Shown: positions 27,919 through 38,027, counted from the first letter of the stretch. The stretch is 40,359 nt of DNA from Candidatus Heimdallarchaeota archaeon (GCA_016840095.1 JAEOSZ010000028.1:1-40359); one strand, 5' to 3'. Translations and numbers: made by a program. Notes: a model not told the origin generated them from the sequence alone.

Positions 27919-28359
27919 TTACTTTTCTGTAGTTTTATGGACAGTTGTAACATAATCAGGTGCATGTTCCCATTTTCCTAACATCCACATCCATCTTTTA
28001 AAGTCTAGAGCGAATGCAATCAAAGTAATTCCTAGTTGTGGTAAAAATATTACAATCCCCATGTATAGGAATTGTCCATAGAAATAAGCGGCAAACAATC
28101 CTAATCCTGCTGATAGAATCTCAACACTTATTCTTGTCCAACCTGGAACAGCAAAACCTAAACCTTTTGAATCTGTAGATCTTTTATCTCCAGGAAAATT
28201 CAGAATAGCAAGAGAGAGTAAGCTTAATGGTAATAATAATCCAAACCCCCAACAAACAAAGATTGCAGCTAATAACAACCAGGTCCATGTTGCAAGTTCA
28301 GTTAGAAATCGCATAGTAGGTGGTATCATCAATTTCATTGATTTTTTTGTTCCAGACAA
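27919..28359 (-). CDS. YrdB/DUF2568-like membrane protein
   Basis: MRFLTELA, FPGD, RISVE; 4 TM. Confidence 0.6.
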   Translation of the reverse strand: MSGTKKSMKLMIPPTMRFLTELATWTWLLLAAIFVCWGFGLLLPLSLLSLAILNFPGDKRSTDSKGLGFAVPGWTRISVEILSAGLGLFAAYFYGQFLYMGIVIFLPQLGITLIAFALDFKRWMWMLGKWEHAPDYVTTVHKTTEK

Positions 28360-28452
28360 TCAAAACACTAATACCACATATTCAAAATTAAGGTTAAAAG
28401 AATTGGTCTTCAACAAAAAACTATGTTTTTTAAATTAATATAAGAAAAAGAA

Positions 28453-28484
28453 AGAATGTATGATATAAGACATATCTTACTTCT
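28453..28484 (-). terminator. csp2 3' hairpin followed by U-tract
   Basis: GUAAGAUAU/AUAUCAUAC stem then UUCUUUCUUUUUC. Confidence 0.5.
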
Positions 28485-28490
28485 TGTGTT

Positions 28491-28688
28491 TTATACTGTT
28501 TTTAGATTAACTGCTTGTGATCCTCTATCAGTATCTTCAACTTCAAATTCTACTGTATCTCCTTCTCTTAATTGATGGAAATCATCAGTAACTCCAGAAC
28601 GATGGAAAAAGATATCTTTCTCTTCTCCTTCAGCTTGGATAAATCCAAAATTTCTATCATACATGATTCTTTTGATAGTACCTTTCAT
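28491..28688 (-). CDS. csp: cold-shock domain protein 2
   Basis: RNFGFI, IFFH, LREGDTVEFEV, GSQAVN. Confidence 0.95.
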   Translation of the reverse strand: MKGTIKRIMYDRNFGFIQAEGEEKDIFFHRSGVTDDFHQLREGDTVEFEVEDTDRGSQAVNLKTV

Positions 28689-28866
28689 TTGTTTTTACTC
28701 CATTACTTTTCACTTTATGGAAGTGACATCCAATAGAAACAGAAACAACTTAATTAGATGTCAATTAATTTCTTAGAATTAAAATAATCTTAACTAGTCT
28801 TAACTAAATCTACTGAGTAAATGCTTGTTGTAGGGTTCATAAACTCTTTGGTTAACACAAAGTTTT
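28689..28866 (-). promoter_or_regulatory. csp2 promoter and structured 5' leader
   Basis: Collinear blocks shared with the csp3 upstream region; 11-bp stem 28724-28734/28753-28763. Confidence 0.7.
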
Positions 28867-28905
28867 CAAGAAGAGAGAAGGAAGAATCAGAGGAATATAT
28901 TATAA

Positions 28906-30612
28906 ATGTCTAAAGAAGATTGTTCATTTGAATTTGATTCTTTCTTCAAAGTGATTAAAATGACTAAAAATCTAAAAGAGTATCATAGTGAAATAATCAA
29001 TCGAGCAGATGCAGAGATTCTAGAGGAGATTGAACTTATCATTGATGAGGAAATTCCCAAAGTAGTTCAAATAGATAGAGATACCTTTGGATACCAATTA
29101 GATGATAAGAAAGTAATTGGATTAGGTTTATCTAGAGGAAAGTTGAAAGAAATTCCTGAATGTATATTTGGATTAGTTAACCTTCAGTGCTTAAGAGTTC
29201 GGTTTAATGATTTTGCTTCACTTCCAAAAAAACTATTTGAGATGACTTCTTTAAAAATTCTAGATGTTGCAGGCAACAAGTTAAAGAAGTTTCCAGAAGA
29301 GATAGACAATCTAGTAGATCTTACAGTTCTGAGTATTGGTGGAAATCCACTTGAGGAATTACCAGAGAGTATTGGAAATCTAAGAAAACTTGAATATTTT
29401 TATTCAAACTTTACTCCATACAAATCACTTCCAGAATCTATTGGAAATTGGAAATATCTAAAACAACTGTGGGTAGAGTTTGGGGGTCTCGAAGCACTTC
29501 CTGAGAGTATCGGATCTTTAGAAAATCTTGAGGAACTGCTTTTGGAAGAAGCAAGAATTAGCTACATTCCAGAAAGTATAGGCAACCTAACTAAGCTTAG
29601 AGGAATTCAACTAGAAAATAATCTTCTGAAAACTATTCCAGATAGTGTATGCAATCTTGTAAATCTTAAGTATTTAGTACTTAGGTTCAATGAATTGACC
29701 TCTTTACCAGATAAAATAGGTAATTTGAAGAAAATGCAGGGTTTCGCTCTTAATAACAACAGATTAGAATCTTTACCAAAAAGCTTCTGCGAATTAACAA
29801 ACCTAAACCAGATTTGGTTGCAACATAATTGTCTCACAACACTTCCAAAGAATTTCGGGAAATTGAAAGACCTTACGTATTTATATCTTCATAATAATAA
29901 TCTAGAATCTCTTCCAGAAAGTTTTGGAGATCTTCTTAACTTGTCTATACTCAATCTTCAGAATAACAAAATATCAAAGCTTCATGAGAGCTTCTGTAGA
30001 TTGGAGAAAATAGAAAACTTAAAGCTTAATCATAATCAATTAGAATCTCTTCCAGAAGATTTTGGTTCGCTAGTTACATTACATGACTTGTATCTAAGTG
30101 ATAACAAACTGACTTCTCTTCCTTCAACTATAACAAATCTAGAAAATATTCAAATTCTTGATGTATCAAGCAATCAACTGAAATCTCTTCCTGAAGACAT
30201 TCATAAGATGTTAAAACTATCTGTTTTAAAAGCTGAAGACAATAGATTTAGAGAAATTCCTCCAGATATAGTTAAACTTGAATCACTGCAGGAATTATGG
30301 TTTGGATATAATTACATCTTTTCTCTTCCTGAAAAAATAGGAAATCTCAAAAACCTTCAAAAAATCATGATGAGAGGAAGTTGGCTTGAAACCTTACCTG
30401 ATAGTATAGGATTTCTAACTGAACTTACACATATTGACATGAAATCGAGTTATCTGGCAGATTTATCTTCTCTCCCAAGTACTATTCTGGAATTACCCAA
30501 ACTAAAGTACTTGTGGATAAAAAGACGCTATTGGATCGAACTAACTGAGAAAGATGAAGAGAGTGACATTTACCAGAAACTAGAATCGAAAGGATGTATT
30601 ATATATAATTAA
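28906..30612 (+). CDS. leucine-rich repeat protein (~20 x 23-aa repeats)
   Basis: LxxLxLxxNxLxxLPxxIGxL repeats. Confidence 0.95.
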   Translation: MSKEDCSFEFDSFFKVIKMTKNLKEYHSEIINRADAEILEEIELIIDEEIPKVVQIDRDTFGYQLDDKKVIGLGLSRGKLKEIPECIFGLVNLQCLRVRFNDFASLPKKLFEMTSLKILDVAGNKLKKFPEEIDNLVDLTVLSIGGNPLEELPESIGNLRKLEYFYSNFTPYKSLPESIGNWKYLKQLWVEFGGLEALPESIGSLENLEELLLEEARISYIPESIGNLTKLRGIQLENNLLKTIPDSVCNLVNLKYLVLRFNELTSLPDKIGNLKKMQGFALNNNRLESLPKSFCELTNLNQIWLQHNCLTTLPKNFGKLKDLTYLYLHNNNLESLPESFGDLLNLSILNLQNNKISKLHESFCRLEKIENLKLNHNQLESLPEDFGSLVTLHDLYLSDNKLTSLPSTITNLENIQILDVSSNQLKSLPEDIHKMLKLSVLKAEDNRFREIPPDIVKLESLQELWFGYNYIFSLPEKIGNLKNLQKIMMRGSWLETLPDSIGFLTELTHIDMKSSYLADLSSLPSTILELPKLKYLWIKRRYWIELTEKDEESDIYQKLESKGCIIYN

Positions 30613-30651
30613 ATTGCTGAGAGGTGAGTTGAATAAAGAGCATTAGCTCTA

Positions 30652-31701
30652 TTATTTTTTCTTCTTTTTAAGATCAATTTTTGTTTTAATTAATTTGTTG
30701 AGAGCAATTATACCTTCTATAAGAGCAAATGTTATGAAATAATAGGAGAAGAAAATAACAGCACCAATTGTATTAACTGAACCTGAGATTACGAAGAATT
30801 CACTAATTATTTTTCCTGCAAAGTAGAACGGTTGTAGTGTAAGTAATCTTGAACTAACTACTCCTTTGGGGTAATAGATTATACTAGTATTCTTGTTTCT
30901 TAATTGATCCATTATAGCTTCTCTTGAGAAATTATTTGCATAAACCTGAGTCCATCCATGAACTGCACCAGTTCCTAGAAAATTCGGAGCATGCATATCT
31001 GTACCTGTTATCATCCCCATACTTCCATTGTTTGCAAGACAGAATTGATAAGAAGGATAATCAAATTCCTCCCCAGGATCATTGTCATCATTAATTATTT
31101 CAATGAAATCAACACCCATTGCTAATAATTCTTCTCTGGAAGGATCAGGTTCAGCTGTTCCAAATGACCATGGAATATGGTTAACAGAAACAACTCCTCC
31201 TTGAGCGTGAACATAATCTATTGCATCTTGGATATCTTGGTTTGTGGGATAGGAGGGGAGAGTTAAATTCCATTCTTCTATTCCTAAGAAATTAAAATGC
31301 ATTCGACTTGTTGACCATTCCATACCTGGTATGATGATAATTTCACTTTCATATTTCTCAGACATCTCATTAATTTCTGGAAGGTTATCTATATTATGAT
31401 GATCAGAAATAACAAAAGCATTATAACCCATAGATAAGTGCCACTTAACAGATTCTTCAACTGTCAAAACACCATCACTATATTTTGTATGAGAATGTTG
31501 GTCAAGGAGAATGTTTCCGAGAGATTCATTGTAACCTGGAGGAATATAAGGAGAGGGATGATTTCCAATGAAATCAGATTCAGATGATATATGTGGACCA
31601 TACTGATAGGTTAAAGCACTAAGTGTAATGAAAACAACTGTTAGTATTAAAAAAATAATGAAGTGACGAAAAAGTTGTTTGAAGTTGATTTTTAACTTCA
31701 T
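30652..31701 (-). CDS. membrane-anchored PHP-domain phosphoesterase
   Basis: DQHSHTKYSDG, SDHH, GME, NH, GTDMH; N- and C-terminal TM. Confidence 0.85.
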   Translation of the reverse strand: MKLKINFKQLFRHFIIFLILTVVFITLSALTYQYGPHISSESDFIGNHPSPYIPPGYNESLGNILLDQHSHTKYSDGVLTVEESVKWHLSMGYNAFVISDHHNIDNLPEINEMSEKYESEIIIIPGMEWSTSRMHFNFLGIEEWNLTLPSYPTNQDIQDAIDYVHAQGGVVSVNHIPWSFGTAEPDPSREELLAMGVDFIEIINDDNDPGEEFDYPSYQFCLANNGSMGMITGTDMHAPNFLGTGAVHGWTQVYANNFSREAIMDQLRNKNTSIIYYPKGVVSSRLLTLQPFYFAGKIISEFFVISGSVNTIGAVIFFSYYFITFALIEGIIALNKLIKTKIDLKKKKK

Positions 31702-31793
31702 ATAATCATAGTATGCAGTTTCTTTTAAAAGAAAATGGTTGCATCTGCATATGAGTTGAAAGATTTAAATTTATCAAGAAGAATGTACTTAGG

Positions 31794-32303
31794 ATGGATT
31801 CCTCTATAATAATCAGTATAGAATCAAGTAATGATTTCTCTGATGAAGATTGTATTTCACTTCAATTGATGAGAAATAAAGAATATCCTACAGTACTTGA
31901 ACCGACAACATTTGAAAGAACTGAAAAATGGTTGAAATACCCAGATAGACGAACACAATATATAACAGCAAGAGATGTCAAATTCAAACTTCCTGAATTA
32001 ATTGGAATTCTCACTTTTGCAGAACATATAGAACATCCCAGAAGTCTATGGTTTTCAATGGTTATTAAACGGGAATACCAAAGACAAGGAATTGGAAAGA
32101 AGATGCTAGATATAGCAAAAACCCATACTGATGAACTTAGAGCTTTTTGTGTAGAACATGATAAGTATGTGAAAGAGGATGGCAGCACTTACTTCGCTCC
32201 TCTTGATTTTTATAAGAAAAACGGTTTCATAGTAGGAGACAAAACCTTGAAGACTGAAATAGGCCTGGAGTGTGTTGAAATAATTTGGAGAAAAGAAATT
32301 TGA
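31794..32303 (+). CDS. GNAT N-acetyltransferase
   Basis: YQRQGIGKKML, FYKKNGF. Confidence 0.85.
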   Translation: MDSSIIISIESSNDFSDEDCISLQLMRNKEYPTVLEPTTFERTEKWLKYPDRRTQYITARDVKFKLPELIGILTFAEHIEHPRSLWFSMVIKREYQRQGIGKKMLDIAKTHTDELRAFCVEHDKYVKEDGSTYFAPLDFYKKNGFIVGDKTLKTEIGLECVEIIWRKEI

Positions 32304-32363
32304 TGGGAAGTCCAGAGAAGATAATGATATGAAAACTAGAAGAAAACTCTCAAAAGTTGAATT

Positions 32364-34163
32364 TCAAATCTTTAAAGAAAAAAGTTTTCCAGAAGTGACT
32401 GACTCTTCATGCTGCAATTGCTTCATTGATTCTTCTATTTTCACGTGCTCTAGCGTTTCTTTTAATGGAGCTTTCCTTTCTTGAAGACTTTCCCATAGTT
32501 CAATTTTTTCTGTTAATCTCTCTTGTTCTTCGCGAATACTTGACACAATACTTGTAAGTCCTTTTTTCTCTGCAATAGTATAACCTTTTTCTAATAGAAG
32601 CCTAGTTTCCTTCAAATCAAGCTCAGCTAAAGCTAGCAGAGCCTCTAATCTATATACTTCAGCAAGAATTGAATCTGACGATTGCTCTTCCGCAATTATC
32701 TTAAGTTTTTGTAATAAATCCTTAATCTCATTCAAAAGCTCCATTTCTGCTTTTTCTTTTAATTCTTGTATAAGAAGATCGCATAGGTTAACCATAGCTT
32801 TAACTGTTAATGAATGATCTACTATCTCTTCTTCTATTATCTGTTCAAGAAGAACTATTGCTTTAGTTTTATCACGGGAATGGCGACTAATCTTAAGTGA
32901 AAGAGCTTGAGCTAATCGAAATCGTTGATTAACTGATCGAACATCTGTTGTCTTGTTTATTTGTTGAAACTTCGCTAAATAGTCTTGAACTAATTCATGC
33001 TTGTTTTGTCCAAGAGCAACTTGTATTAGCTCTAGAAATACATATGCAATACCTAAAGTATTGCCTATTTCTTCATAAGAATTTAGGCTTTGATTAAAAT
33101 ACTCAAATGCCTCTGAAATGTTCCCTTTAATCTTATAGATGTAACCTGTGTTAAAAAGAAGTAAAGCAACTTTCTCCTTAATACCTATTTCCTTGTAAAG
33201 TTTCATACTTCTCTCGTAAAACTCCAGAGCTAAGTCAGGATTACCTCTCAATTCATGAATATTTCCAATGTTATTAAGAGCGAGAGCGATATTGGATTTG
33301 GAATTAACTTCCTCACTTAGAAGAAGCCCCTCTTGATAGAAATCTAAAGCTTGATCCAAATCACCTTTTAATTGATATACTACACCTATATTGATGAGTG
33401 TCATAGCAGTATCTGTTTTTGAACTTCCTCTTCTTCGTATTTCTAGACTGCGATGTTGATACTCTAATGATTTATCTAAATTACCTTTCGTTGAAAATAC
33501 ATTCCCCAAATTAGACAATATCTGGGCAATATTTTTCTCTCTCCCTAGTTTCTCAGACATATTCAAAGCTTTTTGATAGTATTCAACTGATTTATCCATA
33601 TCACCTTTGGACCAATACACTAAGCCAATATTATTGTATGAACTAAGAATGGATAATTCACTTTCAATCTCTTTCCCTATAGTTAAGCATTTTTCATGAT
33701 ATTCTAAAGCTGTATCAAGATTCCCACTATACCAATGAAGAATACCTCCATTTCTAAGAAAATTATATTTTCTTTTTTTGAAACGATTCTCTGACTTCTG
33801 AGTAAGTTTCTTCTCAATCTCTGAAACAAATTTCAGATTTTCCTCAAAAATTCTCATCCCTTCTTCATTCTTGCCCATCCTCCATAATGCGCCAATCTTA
33901 GTATTAAGATAATCTAAAACCAATAATGGATTCTCGGTTGTTTGAACTTCTGACCATATTTTCTCTATGTTTTTGTATGCTTTTTCTCTCTCTCCCAATC
34001 TGAGATTAATTTGTGATTCTAGCAATATACAGGCAAGCTTCTCCTCGTCGGATATCTCGTCTTTACTTGAGATATTATCCAACAATTCTTGAGCTTTCTT
34101 GTAATTTTCCTCAGAAATCAAATTCTCTATATTGAGTATTTCTGCAATCACGCTTTCTGTCAA
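32364..34163 (-). CDS. tetratricopeptide repeat protein
   Basis: Repeats of NNIGxVYxxKGDLDxALEYYxxAL. Confidence 0.92.
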   Translation of the reverse strand: MTESVIAEILNIENLISEENYKKAQELLDNISSKDEISDEEKLACILLESQINLRLGEREKAYKNIEKIWSEVQTTENPLLVLDYLNTKIGALWRMGKNEEGMRIFEENLKFVSEIEKKLTQKSENRFKKRKYNFLRNGGILHWYSGNLDTALEYHEKCLTIGKEIESELSILSSYNNIGLVYWSKGDMDKSVEYYQKALNMSEKLGREKNIAQILSNLGNVFSTKGNLDKSLEYQHRSLEIRRRGSSKTDTAMTLINIGVVYQLKGDLDQALDFYQEGLLLSEEVNSKSNIALALNNIGNIHELRGNPDLALEFYERSMKLYKEIGIKEKVALLLFNTGYIYKIKGNISEAFEYFNQSLNSYEEIGNTLGIAYVFLELIQVALGQNKHELVQDYLAKFQQINKTTDVRSVNQRFRLAQALSLKISRHSRDKTKAIVLLEQIIEEEIVDHSLTVKAMVNLCDLLIQELKEKAEMELLNEIKDLLQKLKIIAEEQSSDSILAEVYRLEALLALAELDLKETRLLLEKGYTIAEKKGLTSIVSSIREEQERLTEKIELWESLQERKAPLKETLEHVKIEESMKQLQHEESVTSGKLFSLKI

Positions 34164-34287
34164 ATTAATTCCCCTAGCTCAAATTCCTATCTTATTACTC
34201 TCAATAAATATCTTTGTTGATTCTAATATAAAATTATTATGTCTTCTTTATTTTCTAGTTAATACCTAAAAATAATGTATGATTCTT

Positions 34288-34306
34288 ATTTTGATATGTA
34301 TATATA
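34288..34306 (+). promoter_or_regulatory. ATTTTGATATRTATATATA motif upstream of small protein A
   Basis: Same motif at the same distance upstream of paralog B (38776). Confidence 0.5.
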
Positions 34307-34356
34307 ATACAAAAAGCTATTTTATTCAGTACTATTAACACATAAAGGTGAAATTT

Positions 34357-34557
34357 TTGGATAGAAAACTACTCAAAGACAAAGAAAAAGAGTTAAAAGA
34401 AGAAGTACGCGATAAACCATATTATAAAACAATAAAACCTAAACTTCGATTTGTGAAAGAAGTTTTCAAACTGGTTTTTGAGGATATTAAATCACCTAGA
34501 CTATTTCGTTCTAAGAAAACGAAAACTCAAAATCAGGGTGTGACTGAAGAACCATAA
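34357..34557 (+). CDS. 66-aa basic protein, paralog A (TTG start after GGTGA)
   Basis: 44/66 identical (manual count, ungapped) to 38846..39046. Confidence 0.8.
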   Translation: MDRKLLKDKEKELKEEVRDKPYYKTIKPKLRFVKEVFKLVFEDIKSPRLFRSKKTKTQNQGVTEEP

Positions 34558-34679
34558 TCCCTGTTGAATAAACCCGTTACTATTAACGATTACATTTTTA
34601 AAAAATTCCCATTTATAATGGAAAATCAGAAGTATATTCTCTGGAGATTGAAATAAAATTAAAAAGAAAAATAGATTAG

Positions 34680-34710
34680 AAGTACGATTGTCCTTAGATA
34701 TATCATACTT
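34680..34710 (-). terminator. csp3 3' hairpin followed by U-tract
   Basis: AAGUAUGAU/AUCGUACUU stem; 5' arm similar to that of csp2. Confidence 0.5.
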
Positions 34711-34715
34711 TGTTA

Positions 34716-34913
34716 TTAAATAACCTTTAGATTTACTGCTTGGGATCCTCTGTCAGTTTGTTCTACTTCAAATTCTACTGAGTCTCCTTCTCTGAGTTGA
34801 TGAAAATCTTCTGTAACACCAGAGCGATGGAAAAATACATCTTCTTCTTCTCCTTCAGCTTGGATAAAACCAAAATTTCTATCGTACATAACTTTTTTTA
34901 CTGTGCCTTTCAT
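34716..34913 (-). CDS. csp: cold-shock domain protein 3 (65 aa)
   Basis: MKGTVKKVMYDRNFGFI...VFFH; AGGAGG SD; the longer ORF-track start lies in the leader. Confidence 0.95.
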   Translation of the reverse strand: MKGTVKKVMYDRNFGFIQAEGEEEDVFFHRSGVTEDFHQLREGDSVEFEVEQTDRGSQAVNLKVI

Positions 34914-35088
34914 TGAGCTTTTCCTCCTTTTATTGTTCACATTAGGGAGTGACATCCAATAAATTAAAACCATTAATTAGATGCCGCTAAATCTTGAGAA
35001 GAATTAAAACAACCTTAACTAACACGTTTGAATCTACTAACTCTACATTTAAATCGAGGTTGATAAACTCTTTGGTTAGGCAAGTTTT
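34914..35088 (-). promoter_or_regulatory. csp3 promoter and structured 5' leader
   Basis: ATAAACTCTTTGGTTA identical to csp2; stem 34951-34960/34976-34985. Confidence 0.7.
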
Positions 35089-35157
35089 GAACTATTCAAG
35101 AAATCTTTGTTACTAATACAGCAAAACAATCATAAGTATTTGAGCTTTGAAATATCT

Positions 35158-35727
35158 ATGACATCCTTTTATCCAATAGATAAAGCTGTACCTGACGTTC
35201 TTACTTTTAATGGTATTAAAATTCGACAATTGAAAGCAACTGATAATGAGCTAGATTACAAAGCCGTTATTGAAAGCGGCTTTAGACCAGAAGGTTTTCC
35301 TAAAGAAGAAAATCTTCAACAAATTTCACGTCATGAACAAGACCATGATAAAAAAATCGAGTTTGCTTTTACAATTCTAGATATGGAGGAAACAATTTGT
35401 TATGGATGTATTTTCATCAAACCTATTGTACCATTTCTTAAATTTGCTTTCTTTAATGATAGACTCTTTGAACACTGGGATTTAGAAGAAAATGATCCTG
35501 GTGTTTCTTTCTGGATAACTCCAGCAGGATGGAAGCTCAATCTTTATGATAAAATACTGAAAGAATTACCTAAGTGGTTTGAGGAAGAATGGCCTTACAA
35601 GAAATGGTATTTATTAGGTATGAACCCTTCAGAAGAAGAAATAAAGGAAGTAGAAAAATTAAAACTAAAACAAAAATTTCTTTTCCAAATGGAAGAACAA
35701 AAATACATTTTATGGAATCTCTTCTAG
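35158..35727 (+). CDS. GNAT/RimJ-like acetyltransferase-fold protein
   Basis: IRQLKATDNELDYKAV, FAFTILD...YGCIFI, SFW; start moved to ATG 35158. Confidence 0.65.
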   Translation: MTSFYPIDKAVPDVLTFNGIKIRQLKATDNELDYKAVIESGFRPEGFPKEENLQQISRHEQDHDKKIEFAFTILDMEETICYGCIFIKPIVPFLKFAFFNDRLFEHWDLEENDPGVSFWITPAGWKLNLYDKILKELPKWFEEEWPYKKWYLLGMNPSEEEIKEVEKLKLKQKFLFQMEEQKYILWNLF

Positions 35728-35919
35728 AAGAATTCAATAAAATTTACATCTTTTTCTGTAGCTGACGATATAACTGTTCCGATGAAATTTGTTGAATATA
35801 AAGAAAAACATCTTCCAGATAATTCATACATTGAATATAAGGGTGTAGGACATTTGATTTTAATAACAAAATTCGATGAGATTATCTTGAAGGTCCTTGA
35901 AGATGTATCAATTGTTTGA
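35728..35919 (+). pseudogene. C-terminal fragment of an alpha/beta hydrolase
   Basis: DDITVP...HLPD...YKGVGHL...DEII matches the triad Asp and His region; no start codon for the domain and no nucleophile elbow. Confidence 0.55.
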
Positions 35920-35962
35920 GCTTGATTAGAAATTATGCTGCAGATTTGAAAATAATTAGATT

Positions 35963-36973
35963 TTAACTACTTTCAATTTGAATGTACTCTAGTTTGTGAT
36001 TTGTTAGAGAAATATCTTTTTCGTTTAGTATGGGGTAGAACCATTCTTTTAGAATATCTACTGTAATCAACCAAAGCTCTTCTCTCTTATAATGGTTTGA
36101 TGTTAATGTATGAGATGATTTAACTTTTGTACCAGAAACATAATTACCTCGTAAATGAGCGAAATCAGGATTATCAACCAATTGCAATATTCTTAGTGCA
36201 GCTTTTTCAGGTTTTATCGCAACGGTATTCTTCAGTAATTTGAATGCAAGTGATTGTAACCCAAATTTTGATTGTGCAATATTTGTTTTAACAATACCTG
36301 GGTGTATAGCGTTTATTCTTATGTCTGTTTTACGTAAAAACAATGACATTTCTCTTATAAATATCATATCAGCTAGCTTTGATTGGGCATATGCTTTTCT
36401 ACCAAAGAACGATTTACTCAAATTCAGATTATCAAAATGGATTTTACCATGTTTATGCTCACTTGAAGAAATGTTAATTATATTCCCTGAATCACTCTTT
36501 TGAATCTTACCAAGCAGCAAGAATGTCATTAGAACATGTCCTAGATAATTCAATGCAAATGTATACTCAAAACCTTCTTCAGTTACTTTTCTTTCAGCGA
36601 AGTAACCTCCAACGTTGTTTATCAAAACATCAACAGCATCATACGAATCTCTTATTCTAGAAGTAACATCAACTATGGAGCTCATTACTGAAAGATCAGC
36701 TATAAAAGAAGAAATCCTACTGATATTCTTAGCTGGAATACTTAAATTCTCCAATTCAGCAATCAGCTTTTCAAATTTCTTTGGGTTTCGACCAATTACA
36801 GCTACTACAGCACCTTTTTTAGCTAATTCTAAAACTAGAGCTTTACCTATTCCATCAGTTGCTCCTGTAACAACAAATACCATATTAGATTGTCTAATTG
36901 AAGAAACTTGGAGTGTGTGTTTTTGCATTTCAATTTTCTCCTTCTTGTAATTATTTCTCTCCGTTAAGAACAT
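35963..36973 (-). CDS. classical SDR (retinol-dehydrogenase-like)
   Basis: TGATDGIG, INNVG, NYLGH, ISS, YAQSK, HPG; true start may be downstream (MQKHT). Confidence 0.92.
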   Translation of the reverse strand: MFLTERNNYKKEKIEMQKHTLQVSSIRQSNMVFVVTGATDGIGKALVLELAKKGAVVAVIGRNPKKFEKLIAELENLSIPAKNISRISSFIADLSVMSSIVDVTSRIRDSYDAVDVLINNVGGYFAERKVTEEGFEYTFALNYLGHVLMTFLLLGKIQKSDSGNIINISSSEHKHGKIHFDNLNLSKSFFGRKAYAQSKLADMIFIREMSLFLRKTDIRINAIHPGIVKTNIAQSKFGLQSLAFKLLKNTVAIKPEKAALRILQLVDNPDFAHLRGNYVSGTKVKSSHTLTSNHYKREELWLITVDILKEWFYPILNEKDISLTNHKLEYIQIESS

Positions 36974-38027
36974 ATTTTCCCTGAACTAGACTTGTAAGTG
37001 GTTTTTTAGTTAATTTGTTGGTTCTATCATTGGTTTCAACTATCGTACTTGAATTGTAAAAAGCGGACTGTTTCAATAAACTCCTTGTAAACAAAGGGCG
37101 TATTAGTAATCTAAAGGATGAAACAATCCACCTAATGAACCTATACTTCTCTCTCATTTGACTATAATATTCATCCAGTACTACTCTCTGATATTTGAGA
37201 TATATTTGTGATTTTGTTGTTTCCATAAAACCACAACTAAAATTATTTTTTGCGAATGCTTGATCAGGAAAAGGATTCTTTCCAAAACCAAAAATTCTCA
37301 TCATCTTATCGATAAATTCTCTATATGTAGTCCGATTCTTTTCTCCACCTGCAAGATGATAAATACCTGTTTCCATATCTGCAGTTGTAGCATGAGTAAG
37401 TGCTAGCCCTACATCTCTTGTATCAACAATCTCTATAGAAGTATCTAATGGTACATTGAACATCAAAGGATCCATCTTTAGATCTGAAGATGTAATAAAG
37501 GATAATCTAAAGATAAGATATTTTAGAGATGATTCTTGTATAATTCTCTCAGCTTTGATTTTACTCTCTGCATAATTGTCTCCAGGATTCGGTTTTACTG
37601 GGTCTGTAAGTTTGATGAAGTTATTATTTAGACGATCACCGTAAACTGCTACTGATGATGTATATATTATAACAGGAGGATTTGATAGTTTTTGTAGTAC
37701 TTCTATCAGTATTTTTGTTCCTTCAACATTAACTAGATTTGTTAAAACTGGTTTCTTATATGCTAAAGGAGGGATGATAGCAGCTAAATGGAGAACATGA
37801 GTTATCCCCTCATGAAGCTCAAAAAATCTCTCAATATCATCATAATTTGTAAGATCTCCCCAAAATACTTCTATTAGTTTAGGATATTTCTTAGAGAAAC
37901 TCTTTGCTTCTTTTTGATTGTTTTTTGATTTTATATCAAAAACAATTGTTTTCATTTTTATATTCATTAATTCCAAAAGAGTACTTTTACCTACATTTCC
38001 GAATCCACCAATTATTGCTACTTTCAT
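36951..38027 (-). CDS. extended SDR / NAD-dependent epimerase-dehydratase
   Basis: GGFGNVG, HLAA, NVEGT, SSVAVYG, YAESK. Confidence 0.92.
   Translation of the reverse strand: MKVAIIGGFGNVGKSTLLELMNIKMKTIVFDIKSKNNQKEAKSFSKKYPKLIEVFWGDLTNYDDIERFFELHEGITHVLHLAAIIPPLAYKKPVLTNLVNVEGTKILIEVLQKLSNPPVIIYTSSVAVYGDRLNNNFIKLTDPVKPNPGDNYAESKIKAERIIQESSLKYLIFRLSFITSSDLKMDPLMFNVPLDTSIEIVDTRDVGLALTHATTADMETGIYHLAGGEKNRTTYREFIDKMMRIFGFGKNPFPDQAFAKNNFSCGFMETTKSQIYLKYQRVVLDEYYSQMREKYRFIRWIVSSFRLLIRPLFTRSLLKQSAFYNSSTIVETNDRTNKLTKKPLTSLVQGKYVLNGEK

Noticed and set aside
29150-30500. 69-bp periodicity
   Set aside because: Explained by 23-aa LRR coding repeats
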